A DNA stretch of 26,612 nt from Paraspadella gotoi (GCA_051294375.1 CM119267.1:2429180-2455791), one strand, 5' to 3'; shown: positions 11,800-24,171, numbered from the stretch's first letter. Translations and numbers: made by a program. Notes: a model not told the origin generated them from the letters alone.

Positions 11800-11838
<39 letters not shown>

Positions 11839-12090
11839 CTCTCTTTCTCTCTCGAAGAAGAAGACGAAAAGAAAGATATGAAAAACAATAAAAAAAAATT
11901 AAGAAAGAAAAATAGAAAGATAGAAAGAAAAAGAAAGAAAAAAAGGAAGAAGGAAATAAAAAATAAAAAAAATAAAAGAAAAAAGAGAAAAAGAAAAAGG
12001 AAAAAAAATCAATCTATCAATCAAGTTTGTGCAAACAATTAATTTATTAATTTAATTAATGTTTTAAACTGATTAATTAATTAATTATTA

Positions 12091-12136
12091 CTAATGATCT
12101 GGGCAGATCTGACATTGTTTGCTCAAACTTGCTTTT
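12091..12136 (+). repeat. Dispersed repeat A, copy 2
   Basis: ctaatgatctgggcagatctgacattgtttgctcaaacttg. Confidence 0.6.
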
Positions 12137-12811
12137 GTTAAAGACTGGGTTTGAGGTTAGGAATTAGGTATATTTATTAGGTTTGTTTATATTTTTTTTC
12201 TAGTGTTGCTGCAACTAAAAAAATAAAAAAAAAAATTTTATATAAATAATTTATCTACAGAAATGAACTGAAACAATAAAAGTTTTTTAAACTGAATAGA
12301 TTTTATTTTGATATTTTTTAGATTATTTTATATTTAATAATTTTCCTCAACATATTTCTTTATTCAAAGTTAAAACAAAATTTTTTAGATACTAAAAAGT
12401 TTTTGTTAAAAACTTTCAAGAACTGTATTTTAGAAGGGAACAGGTTTTTAACTGACAATAGAAATTTATAAGAAGAAACTTATATGATTAAAAATAGTAA
12501 GAGGGAAGAGACTTCTGTGAAGCAAGTTATGTGAACCTAATAGATACAATTTTTTTTCATTTAAAGTTTGTACCTTAGAGGAAGACAGAAGTCTTCGAAG
12601 TACTGTGCTAATTCTTTATGAATAAATTATTATTTCTACTAACTTTCATTTTTTTTTCTGGTATGCAAAGACCGAATCTATTCTCAGCCATCAAGCCAAT
12701 ATATTATTTATTTTAAATTAGGATCATTAATATTTTTTATGTTTTCAGTTTAAAATATTTTTTATAACAAGGACTGCCTATGATGAACAGATTTGTGATT
12801 CGGGCCGGGAT

Positions 12812-12920
12812 AGGGCTTCAAATGTCAATCCCCATCAAAAATAGTGGCGGGATTCCCCGCCGTGGATAAATGCTGAGGGCTTCAAATGTTAATCCCCATA
12901 AAAAATAGTGGCGGGATTCC
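12812..12920. repeat. ~46-bp direct repeat, two copies
   Basis: agggcttcaaatgtYaatccccatMaaaaatagtggcgggattccc twice. Confidence 0.85.
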
Positions 12921-13134
12921 CTAAAACAGGGGAAAAGAAGACAGTTTTCTGTGAACAGAAAGAGGGTGCAGTTGAAACTGTCCCTTATAGCCAGTTCAAA
13001 CTTGCGCCTTTTTGGACGGCCCGTAATACTTGAATGAAATAAAGAAAGATGGAAAGAAAGAGAGAAAGAAAGAAACAAACAAATTTTTGTACGAAAAAGT
13101 AAATTGAGGGAAAGAAACTGGAACGAGGAAGAGA

Positions 13135-13199
<65 letters not shown>

Positions 13200-13274
13200 A
13201 GAGAGACAGAGAAAGGAGAGGAACAGGAAAGAGAGAGAGAGAGAACAGAGAGAGAGAGACACAGAGAGAGAGAG

Positions 13275-13338
<64 letters not shown>

Positions 13339-13454
13339 AGAAAGAGATAGAAGAAGAGTCGAATCGGTCGGCTGCGTTTTCGCATTTCTCCTCGATTTTA
13401 TCTCTTTTCACGTCATCTCTTGTCAAACGGTGGAGAATCTAACCCTTCTGTATA

Positions 13455-13655
13455 ATCCTCTCTTTCCTCTCTCTTCATCTCTTTCCTCTGTGTTCATCTC
13501 TTTCCTCTCTCTTCATCTCTTTCCTCTCTCTTCATCTTTTTTCTCTCTCTTCATCTCTTCATCTCTTTTCTCTCTCTTCATCTCTTTCCTCTGTGTTCAT
13601 CTCTTCCCTTTTTCTTCATCTTTTTCCTCTCTCTTCATCTCTTCCACTCTCTTCC
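13455..13655. repeat. Pyrimidine-rich ~19-bp minisatellite
   Basis: tctctcttcatctctttcc units. Confidence 0.75.
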
Positions 13656-13965
13656 CATCTCCTACTTCCTCTCCCCCATTTCCTCCCATCTCTCCCATCT
13701 CTTCTTCCCTCTCTCTCCCCATCTGCCAACAGTTAATCATATTTTCATCCTTCTAAACGCGACTCTTAAACCCGGATGAAACTGACCTCGCCTTTACAAC
13801 CCGGATGTAAATCCCACCGCGGGTCTTGATGTAGATTTCATGACAGGGGTCACTGTTTTCGATGTAGATTTCATTCCAGAGGTCGTCATCTTAATGCCGA
13901 TTCAATGACGAGGAGAAGACTTGTTTTAAAAAGGGATCTTTGATGCAGATTTCGTATGATATTTC

Positions 13966-14018
13966 TTGGCTCTCTTTTCTGAGAGTGCCCCGTTTCTGTT
14001 CGTTTCTCCCAAAATTGA
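13966..14018 (-). repeat. Dispersed repeat B, copy 1
   Basis: Reverse complement tcaattttgggagaaacgaacagaaacggggcactctcagaaaagagagccaa matches 21173-21225. Confidence 0.7.
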
Positions 14019-14234
14019 TCTTTAACCTTAATAATGTGGAAGGAGATGCCGCGGGCAGTTTACCGTGCATTTCCCACAAGGTCCTGAACTTTTGAATGGG
14101 CTGTAGTTCGGCGAACCTGAGTCCTTTAAGTTAAAAAAAGCGCGTTCTACCTTCGGCACCATAAGTGCTGCTGATTCTCTGACAAGTATGAAATACTAGG
14201 GCTACAATATTTAATTTAAGTTTTTAATCTTACA

Positions 14235-14488
14235 ATCCCTAATGCTAATCCCTAATCCTAAACCCTAACCCTAACTGAATCCTAAACCCTTATTCTTAAT
14301 TCCTAATCCTAAGCTTTAACAATAATTGGTAGTCCCTAACCTAAATCCCTAATCCTGATTACAAACTAAGTCTCTAACCTTACTTTTTCCCTAACTAAAT
14401 CCTTAACTATGATGTTTAACCTAACCTTTTACTTAAAAATAATTTCGATTTTTGGATAAAATTGGGCGTTTTGGGAAAATAAGGCCTT
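14235..14488 (+). repeat. CCCTAA/CCTAA-rich dispersed repeat C, copy 1
   Basis: Degenerate ccctaa tract ending in aaaattgggcgttttgggaaaataaggcc. Confidence 0.6.
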
Positions 14489-14516
14489 TTTCTTTTAGTT
14501 ACCTTGTCTTTAGTTA

Positions 14517-14752
14517 CCAAATCTTTCCTAATCTCGACTTTCTAAATCTTTCCTAATCTCGACTTTCCAAATGTTTCCTAATCTCGACTTTCCAAATCTT
14601 TACTAATATCGACTTTCCAAATCTTTACTAATCTCGACTTTCCAAATCTTTCCTAATCTCGACTTTCCAAATCTTTCCTAATTTCGACTTTCCAAATCTT
14701 TACTAATCTCGACTTTCCAAATCTTTCCTAATCTCAACTTTCCAAATCTTTC
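14517..14752. repeat. 25-bp minisatellite, about 9.4 copies
   Basis: ccaaatctttcctaatctcgacttt, highly homogeneous. Confidence 0.95.
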
Positions 14753-15465
14753 TCAAGACGAAGAAGTCTTAAAGGATGAAAAAGTCTTGACGCCAACCAA
14801 GAAATATGGACATCGAAACTGAAATTTCTACTTATCTGCCCATTCTATCTTATGAAATTTGTTCAACCAATATAAATTAACCATTCATTTAATAAATAAG
14901 CTATCTTGCCCCTGCCTTTGGACAGGCTTGGGTGGTTTAAGGCCTCCATCACTTTTACAAGATAATGACATAGCAGGTCCCTGCACTTTCAATCAAGACT
15001 CTCTCACAGTCTCGTTTATTCACTCCCAGAGTTCCTGGCTTCCCTATCAATGAAGTGGCATAATATTTCGAAGAATGTTTCAATTGTCCGAAAAAACCAC
15101 TCCCTTAAGTATTAGATCGGGAAATACTATATTGTACTCCGCACTAGCATCAAAATATACTAGTTTAGAACGTTCAAAGAAAGTAAGCACACGATCATAA
15201 TAAATATCTAACGTAGACACATTTTTTTTCCTCTGACCTTTTCTAGCTTTTGGGCCACCGACCCGATGTGAACCTCACCCGATGTGAACCTCACGCAGCC
15301 GAGAAAAAGTATCGACTTTGTTGTGAGCGAAAGTGAATATATGCGAAACGAATGAAACCTGTAATTCTGTCTCGGAATCGAGTTACCGAGTGGGAGAGAG
15401 AGCGAGACACTCGGGGGAGAAGGAGGAAAAGAATTGAGATGGAGTGATGTGGAGAGGAAGGATAT

Positions 15466-15558
15466 TGGTGATGTAGAGATGATGTCCAATGGTGATGTAG
15501 AGATGATGGCCAATGGTGATGTAGAGATGATGACCAATGGAGATGTAGAGATGATGAG
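15466..15558. repeat. 24-bp minisatellite, about 4 copies
   Basis: ggtgatgtagagatgatgNccaat. Confidence 0.9.
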
Positions 15559-15695
15559 GCGTAAAGAAAGAGAGAGAAGTTGGCATTGAGTCTGACAGCA
15601 ACTTCTCTTATTGGCAGTTGTGACTCATGACGTCGGCGGAGATAACGAAATTACGTCCCGTCGACGCGAACCGTCGTTGTCGTCTTGTCGACAAG

Positions 15696-15987
15696 GATGA
15701 TGACGACAATGACGACGTTGATGATGAAGACGACGACGACGGTGACGATGATGAAGACTACGACGACGACGATGACGATGATGAGGACAATGATGATGAA
15801 GACGATGGCGATGACAACGACGTTGACGACGACGATGACGACGAAAACGTCAACCGAAAACGAAAACGACAACCAGTATGATGATGACGACGATGAGTAC
15901 GACGATGACAGCCACGAGGACAACCTCGATGACGACGACGACAATGAGGACGAAAACAACAACGACGACAATGATGACGACGACGAC
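15696..15987. repeat. Degenerate (GAC/GAT)n trinucleotide tract
   Basis: Asp-like tract with a frame change in the middle. Similar tracts at 2945-2998, 9699-9812 and 25648-25670. Confidence 0.8.
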
Positions 15988-16697
15988 TCTGCGAGCATTG
16001 ACATTCCCATTAGGCGTCGATTGTTGTTCGTGAGAAGAAGAAGGATGAAGGTTGAAGAGGAGAGAGGGAAGAGAGGAGGAAAGGAGGAAGAAAGGGGAGG
16101 AGAAGAGGAGGAGTGAGGGAGGAAAGGAGAAGAGAGGGGAGGAGGAAGAGAGGGAAGGAGAAGAGGAGAAGTGAGGGAGAAAAGGAAGAAGAAGAAGAAT
16201 GAAATAAAGAGAGAGAAGAAGAAATTTAAAAAAAAATAATTGAAGATTGAATTGAAATAGATTAACTAATTATTATAATATATCAAACCCCCACATGGCG
16301 ACTTACGATCGTCCTGAAGCTTTCCCATAGATATCTATCCACTGGATATCCAGGTAACCAATGCAATTGTCATGAACTTTAAATGTCTCGCTTATAGACG
16401 CAGTGGAATTCAAATTAGATTATTTTTATGAATGTTTACATTTTTTTTTTTGACTGATAATTTTTTACTTTCTCTTCTGCTCCGATAATTTTCATTCCTC
16501 TTACGTAGATTCTTTTCCTCTAATCCTCTAATCCTCTAATCTTCTAATCCTCTAGGCCTAATCCTATGCCTCTCGCTCCTTCGCTCCTTCGCCCAAGTCT
16601 CTCGCTTTTGTTCTCAAAACTCGAGTTGAAAAATTATGAATTTTGATGAAAAAACCAAAAATCGACGGAAAATGAGTTAAAAGATGAAATATTCTCT

Positions 16698-16824
<127 letters not shown>

Positions 16825-17044
16825 CATCCAGCCTCTTTCTCATGTAATTAGGCAACACAGGATCTCAATTGAATTACGCTCCCCTGCTATAATAGTCGCT
16901 ATTAGTATTACGATAGAGAAAATTAACAGAAATAAAAAGCGTTTTAAAGTAAAGACATTTAAAAATAATGACGATTATGTTATACACGTCCAATTTTTGT
17001 TACTATGTCATAAACTTAATTTAAACTGTAATCTCTTTCTAAAT

Positions 17045-17220
17045 TCCTAATCCAATTCCCTAATCTTATCTCTAACCTAATCCTAAACCCTAATTCCTAA
17101 TTGAAATTTATAATCCCTAACCCCAAACACAGATTCTAATCTGTAACTCTAACCAAGTCTCTATCCCTAACCTATCCCTAATCCCTAATCTAAAATTGGG
17201 CGATTTTGAAAAATAGAGCC
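17045..17220 (+). repeat. CCCTAA/CCTAA-rich dispersed repeat C, copy 2
   Basis: Degenerate ccctaa tract ending in aaaattgggcgattttgaaaaatagagcc. Confidence 0.6.
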
Positions 17221-17249
17221 ACTATAAAATCGGAATCTTTTTGATTATG

Positions 17250-17404
17250 ATTATGATTATTGCTTACCTGCTTAGCTTATTGATTATTGCTTACCTGCTT
17301 ACCTTATTGATTATTGCTTACCTGCATACCTTATTGATTATTGCTTACCTGCTTACTTTATTGATTATTACTTACCTGATTACATTATTGATTGTTGCTT
17401 ACCT
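17250..17404. repeat. 27-bp minisatellite, about 6 copies
   Basis: ttattgattattgcttacctgcttacc; the minus strand carries repeated AGGTAAG. Confidence 0.9.
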
Positions 17405-17412
17405 TTGTCATC
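17403..17412 (-). other. Candidate 10-nt micro-exon GATGACAAAG
   Basis: tttgtctcttttcag|GATGACAAAG|gtaagc: near-consensus acceptor and donor only 10 nt apart. Confidence 0.3.
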
Positions 17413-17452
17413 CTGAAAAGAGACAAAGGTAACGAAGTGACAAGCAAAGTTT

Positions 17453-17502
<50 letters not shown>

Positions 17503-17584
17503 TTTATTTTCCCTCTCTTTCGAACTATTTGTCAAAGGCATATAATTTGTCCCACAGGCTCACCACAGAAGAAATTCACAAAGA

Positions 17585-17686
17585 CGCTTTTCTTTCTTTA
17601 TATTCTTCCTTTTTTTTTCTTTCTTTCTCTGTCTTCTTTCTCTCTTTCGCTCTTTCTCTTTTTTTGTCTTATTTTCTTTCTTCCTC

Positions 17687-17762
<76 letters not shown>

Positions 17763-17995
17763 TCCTTATTTATTTATTTCTTTCTTTCTCTCTTTCCTTC
17801 TTTCTCTCTTTCCTTCTTTCTTTTTTTCTTTATTTCTTTTTTCTTTCTTTTTCTCTTTCCTTCTTTTTTTCTTTATTTCTTTCTTTCCTTCTTTCTTTCT
17901 TTCTGTCCTTTTTTGTTCCTTCATTCCTTCCTTTCTATCTCTCTGTCTTTCCTCCCTTTCCTTTCCTCCCTTTTCCTCCTTTTTCCTTTCCTCCC
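17585..17995. repeat. (TTTC)n and pyrimidine low-complexity tract
   Basis: Direct reading. Confidence 0.9.
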
Positions 17996-18199
17996 TCAGT
18001 ATTTCTGTCTCTTCACTTTCTCATCCGTCCCGAACACAATTTCCATAAATCAAGTGAGAGTGAATTCACTCCTTCACAAAATCACGACGACGATTAAGAC
18101 CAAAAAGAAGAAAAAAATTTCGTTTTCATTTTTGTCGCTCGAGATTTCGCGCCGTCGCTTCGCTCATGGACTCGGCCCTACCTTATGCTTACCTCTCTT

Positions 18200-18638
18200 A
18201 AGAACTTAATACAGAACTGAATGCGGAACTGAATAAAAATGATATGCCGAACGGGATGAGGACTTGAATGCAGAACAAGAAATAAAATAACTGAATCGGA
18301 AACCTGCAATGCAGAACTGAATTACGAACTGAATGGAAAAAATGGAATGCGGAACTAAATGCAGAACTGAATGAAGAACTTAATACAGAACTAATGAAGA
18401 ACGGAATATAGAACAGAATGAAGAACTGAATGAGAACTGAATGCCGAATTGAATGTCAAACTAAATGCAGAACTGAATGCAGAACAAAATGAAAGAGTGA
18501 ATGGCAACTCTGAATCCAGAAGTGAATGCAAAAATAAATAATGAAAATAAATGCAAACATAAAGCAGAACTGAATGAAGAGCTGAATGCGGAACTTAATG
18601 AAAGAAACTGAATATAAAATTGAATCAGATCTGAATAC
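18200..18638. repeat. Degenerate 12-bp minisatellite
   Basis: gcagaactgaat units over about 430 bp. Confidence 0.85.
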
Positions 18639-19272
18639 GGTTTTCTATCACGTCAGCACGATAGGAAGGAAAGATGTCACAATTCATTTATGGAATATGA
18701 ATTGATTGATTGGATTTTGATATATTTTTAATTAAATTACATTTTAATTTTGTTAAAATATTAATTGATTTTTTATTTAACAATTAAAATAAGGAAGTAA
18801 ATATAACTATTGTATAAAATTGATATAAATTGACATAAATTCGCTTTCTTTGCTTCTATTTTTTTTTCTTTTTCATTTTAATAAATCAATTTTTTCTTTC
18901 CATTTTTTATCTCACATTTCTATTTTAGCTTTCATATTTCTTCCCCCCCCTTCTTACCCCCGCTTACTCCCACCCCTCGATGCCCGAAATCTGCGACAAT
19001 CTCTCCTTTGTCCGGACGCACTCCTCATGTCCTTTGTCCGAACCACGATCCCGTCGGGCTGAGCCTCAATCGTCCCGGGCAATTTGTCCGCGCTAGGCCG
19101 GGCCGCGGCCCCCTTCGGCTGGGATCCTTGATCCGGTGCCGGAGGAGCACCGAGGTGAGAGAAGAGAGAGACAGAACAGACGAGGACAGACACCGTCTTG
19201 GTTAGGACCTCGAAGAACCACTGTATGCGTATCTGCTAGGACTTCTCAGTTGAGACGACTGTGTTATTGGTT

Positions 19273-19427
19273 TAGAGAGAGAGAGAGAGAGAGAGACGAG
19301 AGAGAGAAAAGCAGGGAGAGGGAAAGGAGAGAGGGATAGAGAGAGAGAGAGTGAAAGAGAGAGAGACAAGGAGAGACAGAGAGGAACAGAGAGAGAGGGA
19401 GGAAGAGAGGAAGAGAGAGGGAGAGAT

Positions 19428-19472
<45 letters not shown>

Positions 19473-20060
19473 ATCGAAGAGACTAAGAGAGGACGAGAAG
19501 AAGGAGGCAGATGAGAGAGAGATCGAGACGAGAGATTTGAAGAGAGTGAGAGAGACAGAAGAGAGAGAAGAGAGAAGAGAGAGACGGACGAGAGAGAAGG
19601 AGAGCGGAGAGAAAGAGAAAGAGAGAGAAGGAGAGAGAGACAGAGAGAGAGAATGGGATGGATAGAGAGAGGAGGAGACAGAGAGCAGAGAGGGAGAGAG
19701 AGAGGAGAGCGAGACGAGAGGGAGAGAGAGAAGGAGGGAGAGAAGGGAGAGAGAGAGAGAGAGAAGAGAAGAGAGAGAGAGACGAAGATGGGAGAGGAGA
19801 GAGAGAGAGGAGAGAGACGAAGAGAGACGAGCAGAGAGACGCAGAGGACGGAGCACGAGAGCGGCAGAGAACAGAGCGGATGGGGCAGAGAGGCAGAGCA
19901 GAGAGACGAGGAGAGAGAGAGAGAGCAGAAGAGAGGTGAGGGAGCAGAGAAGAGAAGAGGGAGAGAGACGAGAGTGAGAGAGAGGACAGAGACGAGACAC
20001 GAGAGAGAGACATGAGAGAGGGAGAAAGAGCAGGAAGGAGAGAGGGAGAGAGAGAGAGAG
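19273..20060. repeat. Long noisy (AG)n tract
   Basis: About 790 bp of interrupted AG repeat. Confidence 0.9.
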
Positions 20061-21172
20061 CCTCTTCATTGGCGCCGAAAGCGACGATATTTAATGTAGC
20101 ATGAACTTTCGTTGCGACGGTGAGGAAGGAGGAGGAGGAGGACGAGGAGGAGGAAGAGGAGGAGGAGGAGGAGAGAGAAAAAAGAAAAATTTTGGGAACA
20201 AAAATAGTTACGGGCTGATATAGAAAAAAAGAAAAGAAAAGGAGGAAAAGAAAAAAAATGAGAGGAAAGAATAGGAAAAGAAATGAGAGGAAAGAGCTGA
20301 GAGGAGAAAAGGAGAGGGAATTAAGAAAAAAAAGGAAAGGAAAAGAGAGGAAAAATGGGAAAATTAGAGGAAATAAGAGGAAAGAAGAGGAAAGGAGAAA
20401 AAAGAAGTAAGAGGAGAAAAGGTGAAAGTAGGAAGGAAAAAGAAAAAGGAGAGGGAATGAATGGAAAGGAAAGGAAAGGAAAAGAAAAGGAGAGATAAGG
20501 AAAACCATAAGAGAGAAAAAAAAGATTTTAGTGAGGCAAGATGAAGGCGGAGCTCTCTGTGAGGGGCGCGGTTTAAGGGGGCGGTGAGACAGCGTTTGCG
20601 CCTGAAAGCGGTGAGGGGGGCGTCCAGGGCTGGGGCAGCGCGGGCAGGGACTCACAAACGGCGCGGCCATCACTCGCGTTTCGAGGCAAGAGGGCCGATT
20701 CCACTTCTTGAATCCTTCACGCCTTCACGATTCCACCGTGAAAACGTAAAATGTGACCCCATGTGATCTTAGCGGGAGCAGAGGTTAACGCGATTTGTAG
20801 GTGTGAATGAGAATCATGAATGATTTAGATGAATGATTTAAGATTATGATTTAATGGAATGCATTTAATGAAAAAATGATGAAAAATGTATCTTTAAAAA
20901 AAAAACGAAATAACAATAGAAAAAAATGTTTACTCATAAACTTTTGATTATTTTTAGAATTTCAAGACTAAGATTAATATAGATATAAATATAAATATAA
21001 ATATAAATACTAACATTAATATTAACAGTAGTATTTCTTTTTTATTTTTTTGGCGATAAAAAGATACGATGGTGACACAATAATATCAAATTGAGAGAAA
21101 ATATTCAAAGTGATATCAAAACAAAACTACTGACTTATCGTAAATAGACTACCACTGTATGATCGACAAAAT

Positions 21173-21266
21173 TCAATTCTGGGATAAACGAACAGAAATG
21201 GGACACTCTCGGAAAAGAGAGCCAAAAAACAGAAATGGGGCACTCTCGAAAAAGAGAGCCAAAAAA
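21173..21266 (+). repeat. Dispersed repeat B, copy 2, with 37-bp tandem duplication
   Basis: aacagaaatggRRcactctcgRaaaagagagccaaaa occurs twice (21191, 21228), with an internal ctctc/gagag hairpin. Confidence 0.7.
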
Positions 21267-21322
21267 GTTGTCATAATATAAACTACTTGATTGTTGTAAG
21301 GACATCGCTTGTTCAGGTTAGG

Positions 21323-21501
21323 TAGTATTTAAATAGAGTTTTTGTGGGAAATACAAGCATTATGACCTGATACAAAAATCGGCCAATCTCTCTATCTCTC
21401 TGTAATTTGGACTGCCCTGTAAAATGATTCCGCTTTGTGAATTGAAATATTTACAAAAATTATAAATGCACTCCCACAAAGACTCTCTATTTAAATTACT
21501 A
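21323..21501. mobile_element. MITE-like element (~180 bp)
   Basis: Imperfect 27-30 bp inverted termini tagtatttaaatagagtttttgtggga / tcccacaaagactctctatttaaattacta. TA at both ends; no ORF. Confidence 0.6.
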
Positions 21502-21645
21502 TTACTAAAAAAAAATTGTTCGTTTGACATTAAAAGTTGAAATCTCGAGTTTGATTTTGAAAATGAAATGACCCGAATCCGTTCATCGAGACGTTGGGGG
21601 ACGAGGTTGGTGAACAGCCTTCACTGGGTGAATGTGAAATAGAGA

Positions 21646-21677
<32 letters not shown>

Positions 21678-21946
21678 GGAAGAGGAGAAAGCAAAGGGGG
21701 GAATCCCAACTTAATAAAACGGATCTTTTTTTGAGGTTTTTAATTATTCATTAGCTGAATTTTTTTTTCACAAGAAAATTCATCCGATGGAAATGTGAAG
21801 GAGATGGGATTTTTTTTTTCAAACTGCAGATTTGAAAATCGCAAAAAAAAAGGGTGAGAAAATTGTATGGGTCTCTTAAAAGTAAGACAGAATTTAAAAA
21901 AAAACATCAGATTGAGAAAGGAAGAAATAAAGGAATGCCGATAATT

Positions 21947-22186
21947 GAATGAATAAATGAATGAATGAAAGAATAAAATAATGATTGAATGAATGAAATA
22001 ATGAATTAATGAATGAATGAATGAAATAATGAATGAATGAATGAATGAATGAATGAAATAATGATTGAATGAATGGAAAAATGAATAAATGAATGAATGA
22101 ATAAATAAATGAAATAATGAATGAATGAATGAATTAATAAATTAATGAATGAACGAATGAACGAATGAATGAACGAATGAATGAAT
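21947..22186. repeat. (GAAT)n microsatellite
   Basis: Direct reading. Confidence 0.95.
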
Positions 22187-22463
22187 TCTAAGACGATTGT
22201 ATGAAGCAAACATATTTAAAGAGGCTACGTTGGTTTTTTCTTCCTTCCATCCTTAATATTTCCTCGCTCTTTTGTTTATAAGGACGTACATTGCAAATAA
22301 TATCCCTTCCGCCCGTACAGCTCGTACAGCTCGTACATTCCCCCGGATCGTAAACATTTAGATTGTAGCAGAAGAAAAACCCTTTTATCCCTGAAAAAGC
22401 AAAGAGGATAAATTAAAAGAAAAAAAGACGGAAATAAATTGCACGAATGCCTAGGCCGGAGAT

Positions 22464-22535
<72 letters not shown>

Positions 22536-22793
22536 GCTTTTCCTTCCCTGTCCCATAAACATGGTGAATCCCCATTACGTACCTCAGTTGTGACTGTGGC
22601 GAGGAATGAGAGAAGAAGAGTTATGCAAATAAACCGCGCATACATGAGAAGCCGGGAAAGCCGACTCTTTCCCGGTTCTCTGTTTTTACATCACTCTCTC
22701 TCTCTCTGTCTGACTCGGAATCTGTCAGTCGGCTGGTCTGTCTGACTAACTGTCTGTCTGTCTACTACTTTCTTGTGCCGAATTGTCGTGTAC

Positions 22794-23342
22794 ATATTAG
22801 AGTGGAGCACTGGGGAACATAAATTTTATTTGAGTGAACAAACAACGATATTTAGACGTGAGACGTGAGACGTGATTAAGGAGTACAAAAACTATTTTGC
22901 TTATATTGTTCGGGGAACAGAATCATTAATTACAATATATTTATAGTAATATCTTTATAAAATAATAATTTTTCAAAATAATTTTTTAAAAAAAATTTTA
23001 TTAAAGATTCTGATTTTTCATAAAAAGTTAGATCAAAAATCTAAAACATGTTATTAAAAATTCAAATGTCTTCAGCGTCAAAAATGGAAAAAAAGGTCAA
23101 ACTTCTTTACTTTTTCACGATCTGTAGTAAAAACTATTATAAGTTGAAACGTTTTGGTAATTTTTTTTCATTTTAAAAAAATATTATTTTGAAATTCTAT
23201 GATTTTATAATGATATTACTATAAAAAAATGAATTTATGATACTGTTATGCAAATATTTTTTGAAAAATGGGGCTTTATTATTTTTTATTACATAAAAAA
23301 CATTGTTCCATTGCTCAATCTTTCATCACTCCACCCTAATAT
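22794..23342. mobile_element. MITE-like non-autonomous DNA transposon (~550 bp)
   Basis: TIR atattagagtggag / ctccaccctaatat (13/14), subterminal match gagcactggggaaca / tgttccattgctc, very AT-rich interior. Confidence 0.55.
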
Positions 23343-23611
23343 ATGACATATAGTGTATTTCTCTCTCTCTCTTCTTTCTCCTCTCTCTCTCTCTCTCTCT
23401 CGCTTTTCTCTCGTTCTCTAGCAACTTTATTTGTATGATCATTTCGAGTTTTTTTTGTTCCCAAATGGTTGTGTGAAATTCGCAGTTTTTTGAGTTTTCT
23501 TTTCCCGGTTTTAACTTTCGTTAGATGCGCACATTAACTTTCTTTCACGACCCATCCGCCCATAACTAGGAAATCACCGGAAGGCCTCGTGAAGGTCTCT
23601 CTCTCTCTCTC

Positions 23612-23649
<38 letters not shown>

Positions 23650-23662
23650 CTCTCTCCGTCAT

Positions 23663-23697
<35 letters not shown>

Positions 23698-23822
23698 ATT
23701 TATAATTCCATTTATAATTTTAAAATTTAATATAAGAACCTTTATATTTTCAACCTTGGAACGTCGTAGTCTAAAAATCTTTTCTTAACTTTTTTTCCAA
23801 TAAAAAAAACTATTCTTAAATC

Positions 23823-23930
23823 TTTTTTAGCTGCACCGAGAGTCCTCTCGGAGCAACGCTATAAGTCACTTTTCGTTCGGTCGGTTGATATGTCTGACTG
23901 TCCGTGAGTCTCATCTGTATGACTTGTATC
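23823..23930 (+). mobile_element. 5' end resembling a Helentron-associated (DINE-1/HINE-like) element
   Basis: T-run, then palindrome ccgagag-tc-ctctcgg, then tataagtca, a degenerate GTCN tract and the inverted partner tgacttgta. Related copy at 698-747. Confidence 0.45.
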
Positions 23931-24171
23931 ATGCTTATATGATCGTTACTTTTTCGCCAAATTAAATAATTCATTAGGCATTATGTAATTTATTATGTAG
24001 TTGATAGAGTACTGATAATGTAATATAAAACACTTTTTGTACATGATTCATATGTCTGAAGTCATGTGACCACACAAAACTCAAAAGTAATGAACCATAA
24101 GAGGCTTTTTTTTACATATGTAAATATATATATATGTAAATAAGGCGCAAAATGGGCTGAAGATGACTATG

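Noticed and set aside
13756-14079. Minus-strand exon DDLWNEIYIENSDPCHEIYIKTRGG
   Set aside because: Weak acceptor, internal nucleotide-level repeat (gaaatctacatc) and a neighbouring dispersed repeat; not supportable without transcripts.
14235-14425. True telomere or fusion site
   Set aside because: Highly degenerate, interstitial, and shares a non-telomeric terminus with a second copy.
15627-16116. Poly-Asp acidic protein
   Set aside because: The Asp frame shifts mid-tract, no splice sites bound it, and similar GAC tracts occur non-coding elsewhere in the window.
19272-20673. Long Leu/Ser- and Glu/Arg-rich ORFs (also 12818-13442, 17529-18209, 5831-6418, 1981-2451)
   Set aside because: They are translations of AG/CT/AAAG microsatellites, which lack stop codons.
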